A program made the translations under genes and the position numbers. The notes beneath the pieces are model-generated. The model did no database searches and was not told the origin of the DNA. It worked only from the letters and a program-made list of their open reading frames with translations. From IMG/VR virus record IMGVR_UViG_3300049138_000107, positions 1 through 40,413 of that record: DNA of 40,413 nucleotides; one strand, given 5' to 3'. The stretch's first letter is position 1; the number at the start of each line of letters is the position of its first letter. The DNA is from a virus. Its lineage: Duplodnaviria; Caudoviricetes. Shown in pieces: positions 1-9,955 of the stretch.

Positions 1-31
1 CCCCTACTCCGAACCGCCACAAGGAAAACCG

Positions 32-1330
32 ATGCCACGGATCGCCCCGACCCTTCAAAAGCTCGCCGTCCCGATCGACGGGCTCGTCCACTACGGCAAG
101 AATCCGCGCCGAGGGAACCTCCAGAAGATCAAAGACAGCCTGGAGCACCACGGCCAGTACCGGCCGATCGTCGTCCGGGCCAGGACGATGGAAATTCTCG
201 CCGGGAACCACACGGTCAAGGCGGCGAGGGAGCTCGGCTGGGATGAAATCGCCGCCACGTTCGTCGAATGCGACGACGACCAGGCCGCCCGCATCGTTCT
301 GGTGGATAACAAGACCAACGACGACGCCGAATATGACCAGGCAGCCCTCGCGGAGCTGCTCCAGGAGCTCCCGGATCTCGACGGCACTGGCTTTTCTGGC
401 GATGAATTCGAGCGGATTCTGGCCGATGTCGGCCCGGAACCGGAGCAGGCTACGGCCGCTGACGACGAATTACCGGCCGCTCCGCCGCCGATTTCCCGGC
501 CCGGAGACGTGTGGGAGCTCGGAGATCACCGCCTGGTCGTCGGCGACGCGACCGATCCGCGGGTCCTGGAGCAGCTCATGGGCGGCGAGCGGGCCGACTG
601 CCTGTGGACCGACCCGCCCTACGGCGTCGACTACGAAGGCGGCACCGAGGAACACCTGAAGATCCAGAACGACGGCGCCGCCGGGCTCGACCTGCTGCTG
701 CTGGACTCGTTCACCGCAGCCCTGGACGTGCTGCGGCCCGGCGCCCCGATCTACGTCGCCCACGCCGACACGCACCGCGTGATCTTCGAGGAAAGCATCC
801 AGCGGGCCGGATACGTGATCCGGCAGAACCTGATCTGGGTGAAAAACGCGATCGTGCTCGGCCATAGCGACTACCAGTACCAGCACGAACCGATCCTGGA
901 GGGCGAGGTCCCGGCAGCAGCGGCCGACGGGAAGGGGAAGGCCCACACGCCGCTGCTGTACGGTTTCGCCCCGGGCGGCGAGGGCAGGCTGGGCCGCGGC
1001 GGGCCCCGCTGGTACGGCGCCAATAACGCCTCCACGGTCCTCGAATTCCCGAAGCCACCGGCCTCCCGGGAGCACCCGACGATGAAACCTGTGGCTTTGG
1101 TCCAGGCCATGCTCGCGAATTCCTGCCGACCGGGCGGGCTGGTGCTGGACCTGTTCGCGGGCTCTGGCTCGACCCTGATCGCCGCCGACTACCAGCGGCA
1201 GCGGGCCCGCCTGGTCGAACTTGATCCGAAATATGCCGACGTGATCTGCGCCCGATGGCAGCGGCACTCCGAGCAGCAGCCGGTCCGCGGCGGGCAGCCC
1301 CACGACTTCCTGAAGGATGGTGACGACTGA
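32..1330 (+). CDS. ParB/Srx-like N-terminal domain fused to an N6-adenine/N4-cytosine DNA methyltransferase
   Basis: N-terminal NPR...GQYRPIVV...ILAGNHT ParB-like motif; catalytic TDPPY; HPTMKP; SAM-binding VLDLFAGSGST (beta-class motif order). Confidence 0.9.
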   Translation: MPRIAPTLQKLAVPIDGLVHYGKNPRRGNLQKIKDSLEHHGQYRPIVVRARTMEILAGNHTVKAARELGWDEIAATFVECDDDQAARIVLVDNKTNDDAEYDQAALAELLQELPDLDGTGFSGDEFERILADVGPEPEQATAADDELPAAPPPISRPGDVWELGDHRLVVGDATDPRVLEQLMGGERADCLWTDPPYGVDYEGGTEEHLKIQNDGAAGLDLLLLDSFTAALDVLRPGAPIYVAHADTHRVIFEESIQRAGYVIRQNLIWVKNAIVLGHSDYQYQHEPILEGEVPAAAADGKGKAHTPLLYGFAPGGEGRLGRGGPRWYGANNASTVLEFPKPPASREHPTMKPVALVQAMLANSCRPGGLVLDLFAGSGSTLIAADYQRQRARLVELDPKYADVICARWQRHSEQQPVRGGQPHDFLKDGDD

Positions 1331-1803
1331 TGGCCAGCACTGCACGGCAGGCCGGTGGTCCAGGCCGCCCGCCGAAGCCCAGGGCCCTGAAGCTCGTCGA
1401 GGGGAACCCGGGCAAGCGCCCGGTCGAACCGGAGGTCCCGTTCATCCGGGAAGCACCGCCGAAGCCCTCCGATCTCAGCCCCGATGCTGGCTGGCTGTGG
1501 GACCAGGTCAGCGAACAGATGACAACGATCGGGCTGCTCAAACCGCTCGATGCGGCGAGCCTGGAAGTCCTCTGCGAGACGTTCGCCCGCTGGCGTGAAG
1601 CCGTCCGCTTCCGGCGCGAGCGAGGCATCATCGGCAAGAACAGCCAGGGCATCGTCAAGGCGTCCTGGGTGACCGCGGAGCAGGAAGCGGGCCGGGAATT
1701 CCGTGCCTGGTGCGCCGAGTACGGGCTGACCCCGGCGGCTGAAAAGAACCTCAGCGGCGAAGACGACGGCGCCGGTGGCGACCGTGACAACCCGTTCAGC
1801 TAG
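1330..1803 (+). CDS. terS: Terminase small subunit (P27 family)
   Basis: GRPPKPRALKLVEGNPGKRP N-terminus and EYGLTPAA motif; directly upstream of TerL. Confidence 0.88.
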   Translation: MASTARQAGGPGRPPKPRALKLVEGNPGKRPVEPEVPFIREAPPKPSDLSPDAGWLWDQVSEQMTTIGLLKPLDAASLEVLCETFARWREAVRFRRERGIIGKNSQGIVKASWVTAEQEAGREFRAWCAEYGLTPAAEKNLSGEDDGAGGDRDNPFS

Positions 1804-3562
1804 AGCCCAGGAGCACGACGGCGCCGCCTTCGGGCTCCCGGCAGCAGCGGTTCTGCGGCGGCTGAAGATCAGCCGCGAGGTCGCCTGGTACATGACCAGC
1901 CGCGGCATCGAGCTGCCGGACTGCCCGCCGCTGGTCAAGACACCCGAACCGTCCTGGGTAAGCGGAGCAGCGTTCGACCCGGAGCGCGTCGACCGGGTCC
2001 TGGCCGCCTTCCACGGCCTGCGCCACACTCAAGGCGACTTCGCCGGGCAGCCGCTGGACCCCGATCCCTGGCAGGTCGCCTACCTGATCGCCCCGGTCTT
2101 CGGCTGGGTCCGGCCGGGCGAGCGCGGCGGCTGGGTGCGGATCATCCGCAACGTCACGATGGACGTACCGAGGAAGAACGGCAAGACCACCTTGTGCGGC
2201 GGCCTCGCGATCTACCTGACCGCCGGAGACGGCGAAATGGGCGGCCAGGTCATCGCGGCGGCGACCACCAGGGACCAGGCCCGCTACGTTTTCGACCCGA
2301 TCCGGCAGCTCGCCGAGCGGGCACCGGCGCTGCGCGGCCACGTCAAGGCCCTCCACTCCCGGATCGTTCACCGCCGGACCGGCTCCTACTTCGGAGTCAT
2401 CAGCTCGAAGGCCGACACGCAGCACGGCGCCAACATCCACGGCGCGGTCATCGACGAGCTCCACGTCCACAAAACACCGGACCTCGTCGAAGCGATCGAG
2501 ACGGGCACCGGCTCCCGGTCGCAGCCGCTGGTCTTCAAAATCACCACGGCCGACGACGGCAAACCGAACACCATCTACGCCCGCAACCGGCACTACATCG
2601 AGCAGCTCGCCCGCGGGATCTTCCGCGACGAATCGACCTACGGCGTGGTGTTCGGCCTGGAGCGAGACGCCGATCCGTTCCTGGAGCGCAACTGGAAGCG
2701 GGCGAACCCCGGATACGGGACCAGTCCGACGAAGGAATTCTTCAAGGCCGAAGCGAACAAGGCCCGGAATTCACCCGCCCAGCTCGCCGCCTTCAAGCGC
2801 CTGCACCTGGGCATCCGCACCAAACAGACCACCCAGTACATCGATACCCGGGACTGGAAGCTCAACGCCGGACCGCCGATCGACGAAGCCGAGCTGGCCG
2901 GGCGGATCTGCTACGGCGGCCTGGACCTCGCCAGCGTTTCGGACCTCACCGCCCTCTGCTGGCTGTTCCCGTTCGAGGACGGCACCCCGGGATACGACGC
3001 CATCTGGCGCTACTGGACGCCGGAGGAAAACATCGCGGCCCTCGACGACCGGACCGCGGGCAGCGCCAGCCGCCTGTGGGTCCCGAACGGATGGCTCATC
3101 ACCACGCCGGGCAACGTCACCGATTACGACTTCATCCGGCAGCAGATCCTGGCCGACGCCGAGACGTTCGAGGTCCAGTCCATCGGATTCGACCGCTGGA
3201 ACTCCAGCCACCTGGTCAACGAGCTGATGGACGAAGGCATCCCGGTCGTCAAGGTCGGCCAGGGATACATGACCATGAGCCCGGCCCTCAAAGAGGTCCA
3301 GCGGCTCGTCAAAATGGGCGCCGGAGGGCGGCCGGGCGACCGCCGCCCCAGGATCCGGCACGGCGGGAACCCCGTCACCCTCTGGAACTTCGACAACCTC
3401 GCCGTCGACATGGACCCGGCCGGAAACGTGAAGCCCTCGAAGGCCAACAGCGCCGACAAAATCGACGGCGTCTCCGCCATCTGCGACGCCATGAGCGAAG
3501 CGATGGCCGCCCCTGAACCCAAGAAATCAGCATACGAATCCGGCGGCCTGCGAGCCGTATGA
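1775..3562 (+). CDS. terL: Terminase large subunit (exact start uncertain)
   Basis: Walker A VPRKNGKT, Walker B VIDELH, nuclease GGLDLAS and KIDGVSA motifs. Confidence 0.95.
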   Translation: MATVTTRSARAQEHDGAAFGLPAAAVLRRLKISREVAWYMTSRGIELPDCPPLVKTPEPSWVSGAAFDPERVDRVLAAFHGLRHTQGDFAGQPLDPDPWQVAYLIAPVFGWVRPGERGGWVRIIRNVTMDVPRKNGKTTLCGGLAIYLTAGDGEMGGQVIAAATTRDQARYVFDPIRQLAERAPALRGHVKALHSRIVHRRTGSYFGVISSKADTQHGANIHGAVIDELHVHKTPDLVEAIETGTGSRSQPLVFKITTADDGKPNTIYARNRHYIEQLARGIFRDESTYGVVFGLERDADPFLERNWKRANPGYGTSPTKEFFKAEANKARNSPAQLAAFKRLHLGIRTKQTTQYIDTRDWKLNAGPPIDEAELAGRICYGGLDLASVSDLTALCWLFPFEDGTPGYDAIWRYWTPEENIAALDDRTAGSASRLWVPNGWLITTPGNVTDYDFIRQQILADAETFEVQSIGFDRWNSSHLVNELMDEGIPVVKVGQGYMTMSPALKEVQRLVKMGAGGRPGDRRPRIRHGGNPVTLWNFDNLAVDMDPAGNVKPSKANSADKIDGVSAICDAMSEAMAAPEPKKSAYESGGLRAV

Positions 3563-3582
3563 CCGGCAGGAAGGAGAACCCG

Positions 3583-3795
3583 ATGAACCACTACAGACTC
3601 ACCACCGGGCAGCGGGTCCTCATCAACCTCCGCAGCGGCGACGGGCTCGTCGGCGTGGTGCGCGAAGTCAACCGCGGCGCAGTGTTCCTCGGCGAGCCCC
3701 AGATGTTCCGCGGGCCCAGGGGGGAGAAAGACCGCCTCGACGGCGAGGTCATCGTCCCGGCCGACAACATCGCCTGGCTCCAGGTCGTGGTTTAG
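3583..3795 (+). CDS. Small Sm/LSm-like fold protein, putative RNA-binding
   Basis: RBS AGGAGA then ATG 3583; pattern GQRVLINLRSG-x-LVGVV...GEVIVPADNIAWLQV resembles Sm1/Sm2 motifs. Confidence 0.6.
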   Translation: MNHYRLTTGQRVLINLRSGDGLVGVVREVNRGAVFLGEPQMFRGPRGEKDRLDGEVIVPADNIAWLQVVV

Positions 3796-3797
3796 CG

Positions 3798-5801
3798 ATG
3801 GGATACGGATTCCGCGACGGAGACATCATCAGCCTGGCCAACGACAAGGCCGGAGCCCTGACGATGTCCACGAACCTGCTCGACTACCGCGGCACCGAGC
3901 TCGACCCGGAGACGCTGTGGGAAACGCAGCCCGCCGTGCGCACCGTCGTCGACTTCATCACCACGACGATCGCCGGAATCCCCTTCGACCTGTACGAACG
4001 GCAGGCCGACGGCGGCCGCACCCGCAACTACCAGCACCGGGTCGCCCGCGCCCTTTCCAAGCCCGGCTACCGGCTCGGGCAAAAGCGCTGGGTCCAGCAA
4101 CTCCTCCACGACCGGATGGTCCACGACCGATGGGCGGTCATCATCCAGGAACTCGAAGGCGGCGGCCTGGAGCTGATCCGCATGCCAGCCGAGCGGATCA
4201 CCCTCATCACCGACGGAATCGGCCGCTTCACCGAGCTCGGGATCTGGACCGAGGGCAGCCTGCGCACCCGCCCGCTCGACGATGTGATCTTCGACGTCGG
4301 CGTCGGCCCCACGAAGAAGGACCGCAAGCCCGGCCATTCGGTGCTCCGAACCCTCTCCGACCTCGCCCGCGAGCTCGACGGCATGAGCGAATACCGGGCA
4401 AACCTGTTCCGAAACTCCGCGATGGTCCCGGCCGTCATCGAGCGCCCGACCGACGCCCCGAAGTGGACCGACGACGCCTGGAAACGCTTTAAAAGCGAAT
4501 TCTCCACATACCGTGCGGGCGGCGGCAACGCAGGCGGCACCCCGATCCTCGAAGACGGCATGCAGCTCAAGCCCGTCGATGTTTTCAACCCGAAAGACAG
4601 CCAGTACATCGAGGTCCGCCAGCTCGCCCTCATCGAAGCCGCGCAGGCCGTCCGCATCCCGCCGGAGCTGGTCGGCGCGAAGGACGGCACCCACAGCAAC
4701 ATCGTGGCGCTGCGCGAGCAGCTGTACGTCGACGTCCTCGGCCCCGAAATCGGATTCTTCGAAGACGCCCTCAACACCGGCCTCGCCGACTACATGGGCC
4801 CGGAGCAGTACATCGAAGCGAACATCGCGGTCAAACTCCGCGGCAGCCTCATCGACCGGGCCAAGATCTACCAGACCGCCTCCGGCCGCCCCTGGCTGAC
4901 CACGAACGAAGTCCGGGCAATGGAAAACAAGCCCGCGATCGAGGGCGGCGACGAACTCGCGACCCCGCTCAACGTCGCCTCCGGCGCCCAGGCTTCACCG
5001 ACGGACACTGCCCCGGACGACGACGAACGCGACGACGACGACGACGAACTCAAGGCGGTCGGCACCGGCCCAAAAGGGTCCGGCCGTAAGGCGGCCGCCC
5101 CGAAGAATAAATGGGCGCCCGTCGACCGGGCCGCCGCCAGGCTCGAACAACAGGCCCTCGAATGGTGGCACCAGGCGGCCAGGAACATCGCCGACTACTT
5201 CGGGGTCGACCTCGAAGCCGAGCCCGGCGGCAAGGCCCTGAACAACGACGCGCTGCCCGCCCTCCCGGACCGGGAGGAAACGCTCTGGGAAGCGCAGGTC
5301 CTCGCCAACACCCTCCTGACCGCGACCAAAGACGTCGCCGAAGCCGGAGCGAACGTCGTCCTCACCGAATTCAACCCGGATTCCGAAGGCTTCGACATGC
5401 AAAAACAGGCCGCCTGGCTTGCGCAGGCAGCCAAGACCAACACCCAGAAACTCGACCAGTGGATCTGGGATGAGCTCGCCAACGTGATGCACGATCCGTC
5501 GGCGTGGCAGGAAGGGCTCCGCCGGGCCCTCAACTCCGACGCCGAGGTCCAACGGTGGGCGACCGCGGCAGCGACCGAAGCCGCCAGCTTCGGCGGCCTG
5601 GACGCAGCGAAAGCATCCGGCCTCACCCGCAAAACCTGGATCACCGTCAGCAAGAATCCCCGCCCCAGCCACCAGCGCCAGAACGGAATGACCGTCGACC
5701 TCGACGATTCCTTCCCGAACGGGCAGCGATACCCCGGCGACTGGTGGGGAGAAATCAACGAAGTAGCCAACTGCAACTGCCGGATGGATTACGGAAAGTA
5801 A
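3798..5801 (+). CDS. HK97-family portal protein fused to a C-terminal MuF-like minor head domain
   Basis: Portal motifs (NAGGTPILEDGM, IPPELVG, LTTNEVRAMEN); acidic linker; C-terminal KTW...RPSH...YPGD...NCNC typical of MuF. Confidence 0.88.
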   Translation: MGYGFRDGDIISLANDKAGALTMSTNLLDYRGTELDPETLWETQPAVRTVVDFITTTIAGIPFDLYERQADGGRTRNYQHRVARALSKPGYRLGQKRWVQQLLHDRMVHDRWAVIIQELEGGGLELIRMPAERITLITDGIGRFTELGIWTEGSLRTRPLDDVIFDVGVGPTKKDRKPGHSVLRTLSDLARELDGMSEYRANLFRNSAMVPAVIERPTDAPKWTDDAWKRFKSEFSTYRAGGGNAGGTPILEDGMQLKPVDVFNPKDSQYIEVRQLALIEAAQAVRIPPELVGAKDGTHSNIVALREQLYVDVLGPEIGFFEDALNTGLADYMGPEQYIEANIAVKLRGSLIDRAKIYQTASGRPWLTTNEVRAMENKPAIEGGDELATPLNVASGAQASPTDTAPDDDERDDDDDELKAVGTGPKGSGRKAAAPKNKWAPVDRAAARLEQQALEWWHQAARNIADYFGVDLEAEPGGKALNNDALPALPDREETLWEAQVLANTLLTATKDVAEAGANVVLTEFNPDSEGFDMQKQAAWLAQAAKTNTQKLDQWIWDELANVMHDPSAWQEGLRRALNSDAEVQRWATAAATEAASFGGLDAAKASGLTRKTWITVSKNPRPSHQRQNGMTVDLDDSFPNGQRYPGDWWGEINEVANCNCRMDYGK

Positions 5802-5814
5802 AGGAATACCAGCC

Positions 5815-6618
5815 ATGCGAACAATGGACTTCAAAGCCGCCGTCCTCGGCGCCGGAGACGGAGATCTGAAGGACGGCGAGATCATCGCCCTGGTTTCCGT
5901 TTTCAACAATGTCGACACCTACGGCGACGTCGTCATGCCCGGCGCCTTCAAGGCCGACCTTCAGGAATGGGCAGACCGCGGCGACCCGATCCCGTTTATC
6001 TGGGCCCATGACTGGTCCGATCCCTTCGCCCACGTCGGCGTGGTCAAGGCCGCCGATGAAACCGACGACGGGCTCCGGGTCCGAGCCTTCATCTCCCCGG
6101 AGGAACGCGAAAGCAACCCGAAGGCCAACCAGGTCTACCGGCTGCTCAAAAACCGGCGCGTAACACAATTCAGCTTCGCGTTCGACGTGATCGAAGGCGG
6201 ATTCGGCGACCGCGACGGCCGGGAAGTCTTCGAGCTGCGGCAGCTCAAGATCCACGAAGTCGGTCCCTGCCTGCTCGGCGTCAACCAGGAGACGGAGCTC
6301 ATCGCAGCCAAAGCCGCCCGGCTCGCATCGCAGCCCGGCGACACCGGACCGGAGATGCTCACCCAGCTCAAGGCGGCCAGGGACCACCTCACCGCCATCG
6401 TTGCCCGCCAGGAATTCAAGGCGGAGCAGCTCACAGAACCCCTGGCAGAAACCTCTGCCGGGACCGGCAACGGGCAAAAGTCCGACCTTCCAAACACCGG
6501 CGACCCGGACCGCGCTCCGGGCGAGGATCCCCGCGAGGATCCACCGATGTCCGCCCGGAAAGGTCTGACCCCGGCCAGCTGCCAACTGCTTGCCGACATC
6601 GAGCAGGCACTCACCTAA
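5815..6618 (+). CDS. Capsid maturation (prohead) protease
   Basis: SVFNNVDTYGDVVMPGAF, WAHDW, FSFAF and EVGP motifs; lies between portal and capsid. Confidence 0.9.
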   Translation: MRTMDFKAAVLGAGDGDLKDGEIIALVSVFNNVDTYGDVVMPGAFKADLQEWADRGDPIPFIWAHDWSDPFAHVGVVKAADETDDGLRVRAFISPEERESNPKANQVYRLLKNRRVTQFSFAFDVIEGGFGDRDGREVFELRQLKIHEVGPCLLGVNQETELIAAKAARLASQPGDTGPEMLTQLKAARDHLTAIVARQEFKAEQLTEPLAETSAGTGNGQKSDLPNTGDPDRAPGEDPREDPPMSARKGLTPASCQLLADIEQALT

Positions 6619-6635
6619 ATCCGAAAGGAAAGACC

Positions 6636-7949
6636 ATGACTGACAAGCCAGAAGATGCGCGGATCGGAATGCTGAAGGAGGTCCGCGACCTCGCAGCGAA
6701 GTGCGAAGCCGAGGGCCGCGACTTCACCGACGACGAACGCGCCACCGTTGCGGATCGCTTCGAAAAGATCAAGGCCGCCACCGAGCAGAAGCACCGGGCC
6801 GAACGCTCCGCCCGCGAGGTCGCGCAGGTCGAAGAATGGCTCAAGGCCGAAGACGCCGGAGACATGAACGAGGAAGCCCTCCGCGGCACCCGCCTCGGCA
6901 TGGGCGGCAACCCGCTGAAGTCCCTCGGCCAGTGCTTCGTCCAGGGCGAGCAGTACAAGGCCCTGATGGGCCGCTTCAACGGCGGCCAGATCCCGGAGAC
7001 AGCGAAGGGTATCCACTCGGACCCGTCGCCCGTCCCGGGCGGCATGAAGGCCCTGCTGACCTCCGGCAGCGGCAGCGGCAGCGACGCCGGAGTGCTGGTC
7101 CAGCCGCAGCAGCTCGGCCTCATCCCGTACCCGCAGGTCGACCCGAAGCTGCGCCAGATCATCACGACCGGCACCACCGGCACGGACCGCATCGAATACG
7201 CCCAGGTCCTGCCGCTCGGCAGCCCCGGCGTGGTCAACGCGGCCAAGACCGTCGCCGAAGCGACCGGCACGAACGACGGGTCCGGCGTCAAGCCCGAATC
7301 CGGCATCGCGTTCAAGAAGGAATCGGCGAACGTGGTCACGGTCGCGCACTGGATGCCCGCAACCAAGCGGGCCCTTTCCGACGCCGCCCAGGTCCGCACC
7401 CTCATCGACGAATTCCTGCGCCGCGGCCTGGAGCTGGAGATCGACCGGCTCATCCTGACCGGCAACGAAGCTGCCCCGGTCGGCGACGAGGAATGGAACG
7501 GCATCCTCAACACCACCGGCGTCCAGGCCCAGGCATGGGACGGCGACGTCGTGCGCACGATCCGCCGCGCCATCGGCCGGATCACCCGGCTCGGCGCCCC
7601 GGTCACCGGCGTGCTGGTCAGCCCGGAGCTGGATGAGGAACTCGACCTGATGCGAGACGCCAACGAGCGGTACTTCTCGAACGGCCCGTTCGGCCAGGGC
7701 CCGACAACGATCTGGGGTCGGCCCCGGATCGTGCTGCCGGGACTTTCCGGTCGAAACACCTTCATCCTCGGCGACTTCAGCACCTGCGTGCTGTGGGACC
7801 GGGAGCAGGCGTCCATCACGGTCACCGATTCCCACGCCGACTTCTTCATCCGAAACCTGATCGCGATCCTGGCCGAAGCCAGGGCCGCCTTCGGGATCTT
7901 CAACCCGAACCTGCTCATCACCGGCACCGAGACGGCGCCGACCCCGTAA
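6636..7949 (+). CDS. Major capsid protein, HK97 fold with N-terminal delta domain
   Basis: Coiled-coil N-terminus; VKPES, TVAHW, ILTGNE...GILN, FIRNLIAILAEAR motifs. Confidence 0.95.
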   Translation: MTDKPEDARIGMLKEVRDLAAKCEAEGRDFTDDERATVADRFEKIKAATEQKHRAERSAREVAQVEEWLKAEDAGDMNEEALRGTRLGMGGNPLKSLGQCFVQGEQYKALMGRFNGGQIPETAKGIHSDPSPVPGGMKALLTSGSGSGSDAGVLVQPQQLGLIPYPQVDPKLRQIITTGTTGTDRIEYAQVLPLGSPGVVNAAKTVAEATGTNDGSGVKPESGIAFKKESANVVTVAHWMPATKRALSDAAQVRTLIDEFLRRGLELEIDRLILTGNEAAPVGDEEWNGILNTTGVQAQAWDGDVVRTIRRAIGRITRLGAPVTGVLVSPELDEELDLMRDANERYFSNGPFGQGPTTIWGRPRIVLPGLSGRNTFILGDFSTCVLWDREQASITVTDSHADFFIRNLIAILAEARAAFGIFNPNLLITGTETAPTP

Positions 7950-7988
7950 CGCGAGCAGGGCATGACACCCCGAAGGAGCTACATAGCA

Positions 7989-8204
7989 ATGGCAACTGAC
8001 CAGGAAATCAAGGCGGCCGAGCAGGACACCATCGAGATCATCGACGGCATCCGCTACCAGAAGGCCGACGCCGAAAAGGTCCGCAAAGCCAAAGCCGCCG
8101 AGGGCGACCAGGCCGAGGAAACGAAGCCGGTCACCTCCGGCGACGTCAAGGCCCGCCCCACCACGGCGAACAAGGCCCGGACCACCGCCGACGGCGATAA
8201 GTAG
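7989..8204 (+). CDS. Small charged hypothetical virion-associated protein
   Basis: RBS AAGGAG before ATG 7989; follows the capsid gene. Confidence 0.7.
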   Translation: MATDQEIKAAEQDTIEIIDGIRYQKADAEKVRKAKAAEGDQAEETKPVTSGDVKARPTTANKARTTADGDK

Positions 8205-8210
8205 CCGATC

Positions 8211-8759
8211 ATGGCCGAGCCGATCCTCCTCGCCGCCCTCACTGACCTCAAGACGCTGCTCGACGGCGAACCGGTCAGCGATGCGGCACTGACGCTCGCC
8301 CTGCAACGGGCCAGTGATCGATTCCGCGGGCTGGTGGGCCATCCGGTCCACCTCGTGACCGCAGAGAGGATCTGGCTCGGCGGCGACGGCACCGCGGTGC
8401 TGCTGCTGCCCGCCGCACCCGTCACAGACATCACCGTGACGGTCGACGGGCGGCAGCTCACCCCGGCCGACTTCGAGATCGCCCGGCGGCACGGCATCCT
8501 GCGCCGCAAGGGCGGCCAGGCCTGGCCCCGCGGGCTGGACAACATCGAGATCGTCTACAGCCACGGATACGAGACGATCCCCGGAATGATCGCCGACGCG
8601 GTGCTCGAACACGCGGCGACGCTGGCCCTGGTCCACGCCCACGTCCAGCAGGAATCCGCGGGCAGCATCAGCGCCAGCTACGGCGCCGCAGCGACCATCG
8701 GCACCACCCAAAAATGGGCCGACGCCGTCAACGCCTACCGGCTGCGAGGACAGGTATGA
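8211..8759 (+). CDS. Head-to-tail adaptor
   Basis: Synteny; WPRGLDNIEIVYSHGY...P and QESAGSIS-x-SY motifs. Confidence 0.8.
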   Translation: MAEPILLAALTDLKTLLDGEPVSDAALTLALQRASDRFRGLVGHPVHLVTAERIWLGGDGTAVLLLPAAPVTDITVTVDGRQLTPADFEIARRHGILRRKGGQAWPRGLDNIEIVYSHGYETIPGMIADAVLEHAATLALVHAHVQQESAGSISASYGAAATIGTTQKWADAVNAYRLRGQV

Positions 8760-9100
8760 GCCTGCCCAAATTCGCCCGCCGCAACACCATCACAATCCAG
8801 GACCCCGGCACCCGCACCGTTTACGGCAGCGAGGTCGTCGACTGGGACAATCCCGGCCCGCCCAGGACCGCCCGCGGCATCGCGGTCCCGGCCCGGACCG
8901 AGGAAACCGAGGACAACCGGACCAGCATCCGAACCGGCTGGGACGTCTATCTGGAGCCCGGCACCGTCGTCCATTCGAGCTCGAAGCTGACGCTGCCCGA
9001 CGGGAACGACTACGGCGTGGTCGGCGACCCGGCCGAGCTGCGCAGCCCCAGCGGACGCCTCGACCACATCTACCTCTACGCCGAAAGGTGGACCGGCTGA
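8756..9100 (+). CDS. Head-to-tail stopper
   Basis: ATGA overlap with the adaptor; YG...DWDNP and YGVVGDP motifs; synteny. Confidence 0.75.
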   Translation: MSLPKFARRNTITIQDPGTRTVYGSEVVDWDNPGPPRTARGIAVPARTEETEDNRTSIRTGWDVYLEPGTVVHSSSKLTLPDGNDYGVVGDPAELRSPSGRLDHIYLYAERWTG

Positions 9101-9366
9101 TGGCCGTCGAGAAACTCAAATTCAATAACCGCGGATTCCAGAAACTCCTCAAGGACCGCGCCCTGACCGGCCTGATGATGGCCGAAGCCCGCAAGCTCGC
9201 CGCCGAAGCGGGCGACGGATTCGAAGCCGCCCGCAGCTTCTCCCGCACCAGGCGGCCCCGCGTCGGCGTCTACACCGCGACCGACAAGGCCCGCCAGGCA
9301 GAAGCGACCGACCGCAGCCTGACCCGCGCCGTCGGCCGACACCCGGCAGCCAGGCGGCGGCGATGA
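9100..9366 (+). CDS. Putative neck/tail-completion protein
   Basis: TGATG overlap; position between stopper and tail terminator. Confidence 0.6.
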   Translation: MAVEKLKFNNRGFQKLLKDRALTGLMMAEARKLAAEAGDGFEAARSFSRTRRPRVGVYTATDKARQAEATDRSLTRAVGRHPAARRRR

Positions 9367-9758
9367 CCCCGGCGCCCCTGCTCGCGTTCCCCTCCGCAAC
9401 CGGATTCGTTATCAACCACCTCGCCGCCGCTGTCAGCCCGGTCCCGGTCAGCAGCCGGGTCCCGGCCGCAAAGGGCCCCTTCGTGCGGGTCCTGCGCACC
9501 GGCGGCCCCGCCAGCACCCCGATCCTCGACCCCGCCCAAATCACGCTCGACTGCTACGCCGCCTACGAAGACCAGGCCGAGCAGCTCGCCCAGGATGTGC
9601 GGGCCCACCTTCACGCCCTCGAAGGATCCAACGGGATCAAACGGGTCCTCGAATACAGCGGCCCGGCGAACTTCCCCGACCCCAGGACCCCGGACATGCA
9701 CAGGTTCACATTCACCATCGCGCTGGAGCTGCGCGGCACCCAGGAAGGAACGCCATGA
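9363..9758 (+). CDS. Tail terminator
   Basis: FVRVLRTGG, ITLDCYA and PDP...RFTFT pattern; synteny. Confidence 0.8.
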   Translation: MTPAPLLAFPSATGFVINHLAAAVSPVPVSSRVPAAKGPFVRVLRTGGPASTPILDPAQITLDCYAAYEDQAEQLAQDVRAHLHALEGSNGIKRVLEYSGPANFPDPRTPDMHRFTFTIALELRGTQEGTP

Positions 9759-9943
9759 GAATCACCTTCGCCGTCGACCACGTCACCTCGGGCGGCCGCC
9801 ACTACAAGGCGGGCAGCACCCATGAGGTCAACGACAACGACGCCAGGGCCCTGGTCCACCGCGGCCTGGCCCGCCCGGAAGATTCGGCGACGGCACCCGC
9901 CGACGCTGACACCTCGGCCACGGCCGGGACAACAGAGGAATAA
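9755..9943 (+). CDS. Small hypothetical protein
   Basis: ATGA overlap, RBS GAAGGA, operon context. Confidence 0.7.
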   Translation: MRITFAVDHVTSGGRHYKAGSTHEVNDNDARALVHRGLARPEDSATAPADADTSATAGTTEE

Positions 9944-9955
9944 GGAGGGCCCACC

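Noticed and set aside
6615-8711. Long antisense and alternate-frame ORFs (e.g. 6615..8711 -, 16871..18592 -, 37543..39744 -, 2194..3516 +)
   Set aside because: Shadow ORFs expected from high GC3; they overlap well-supported genes and carry no recognisable motifs
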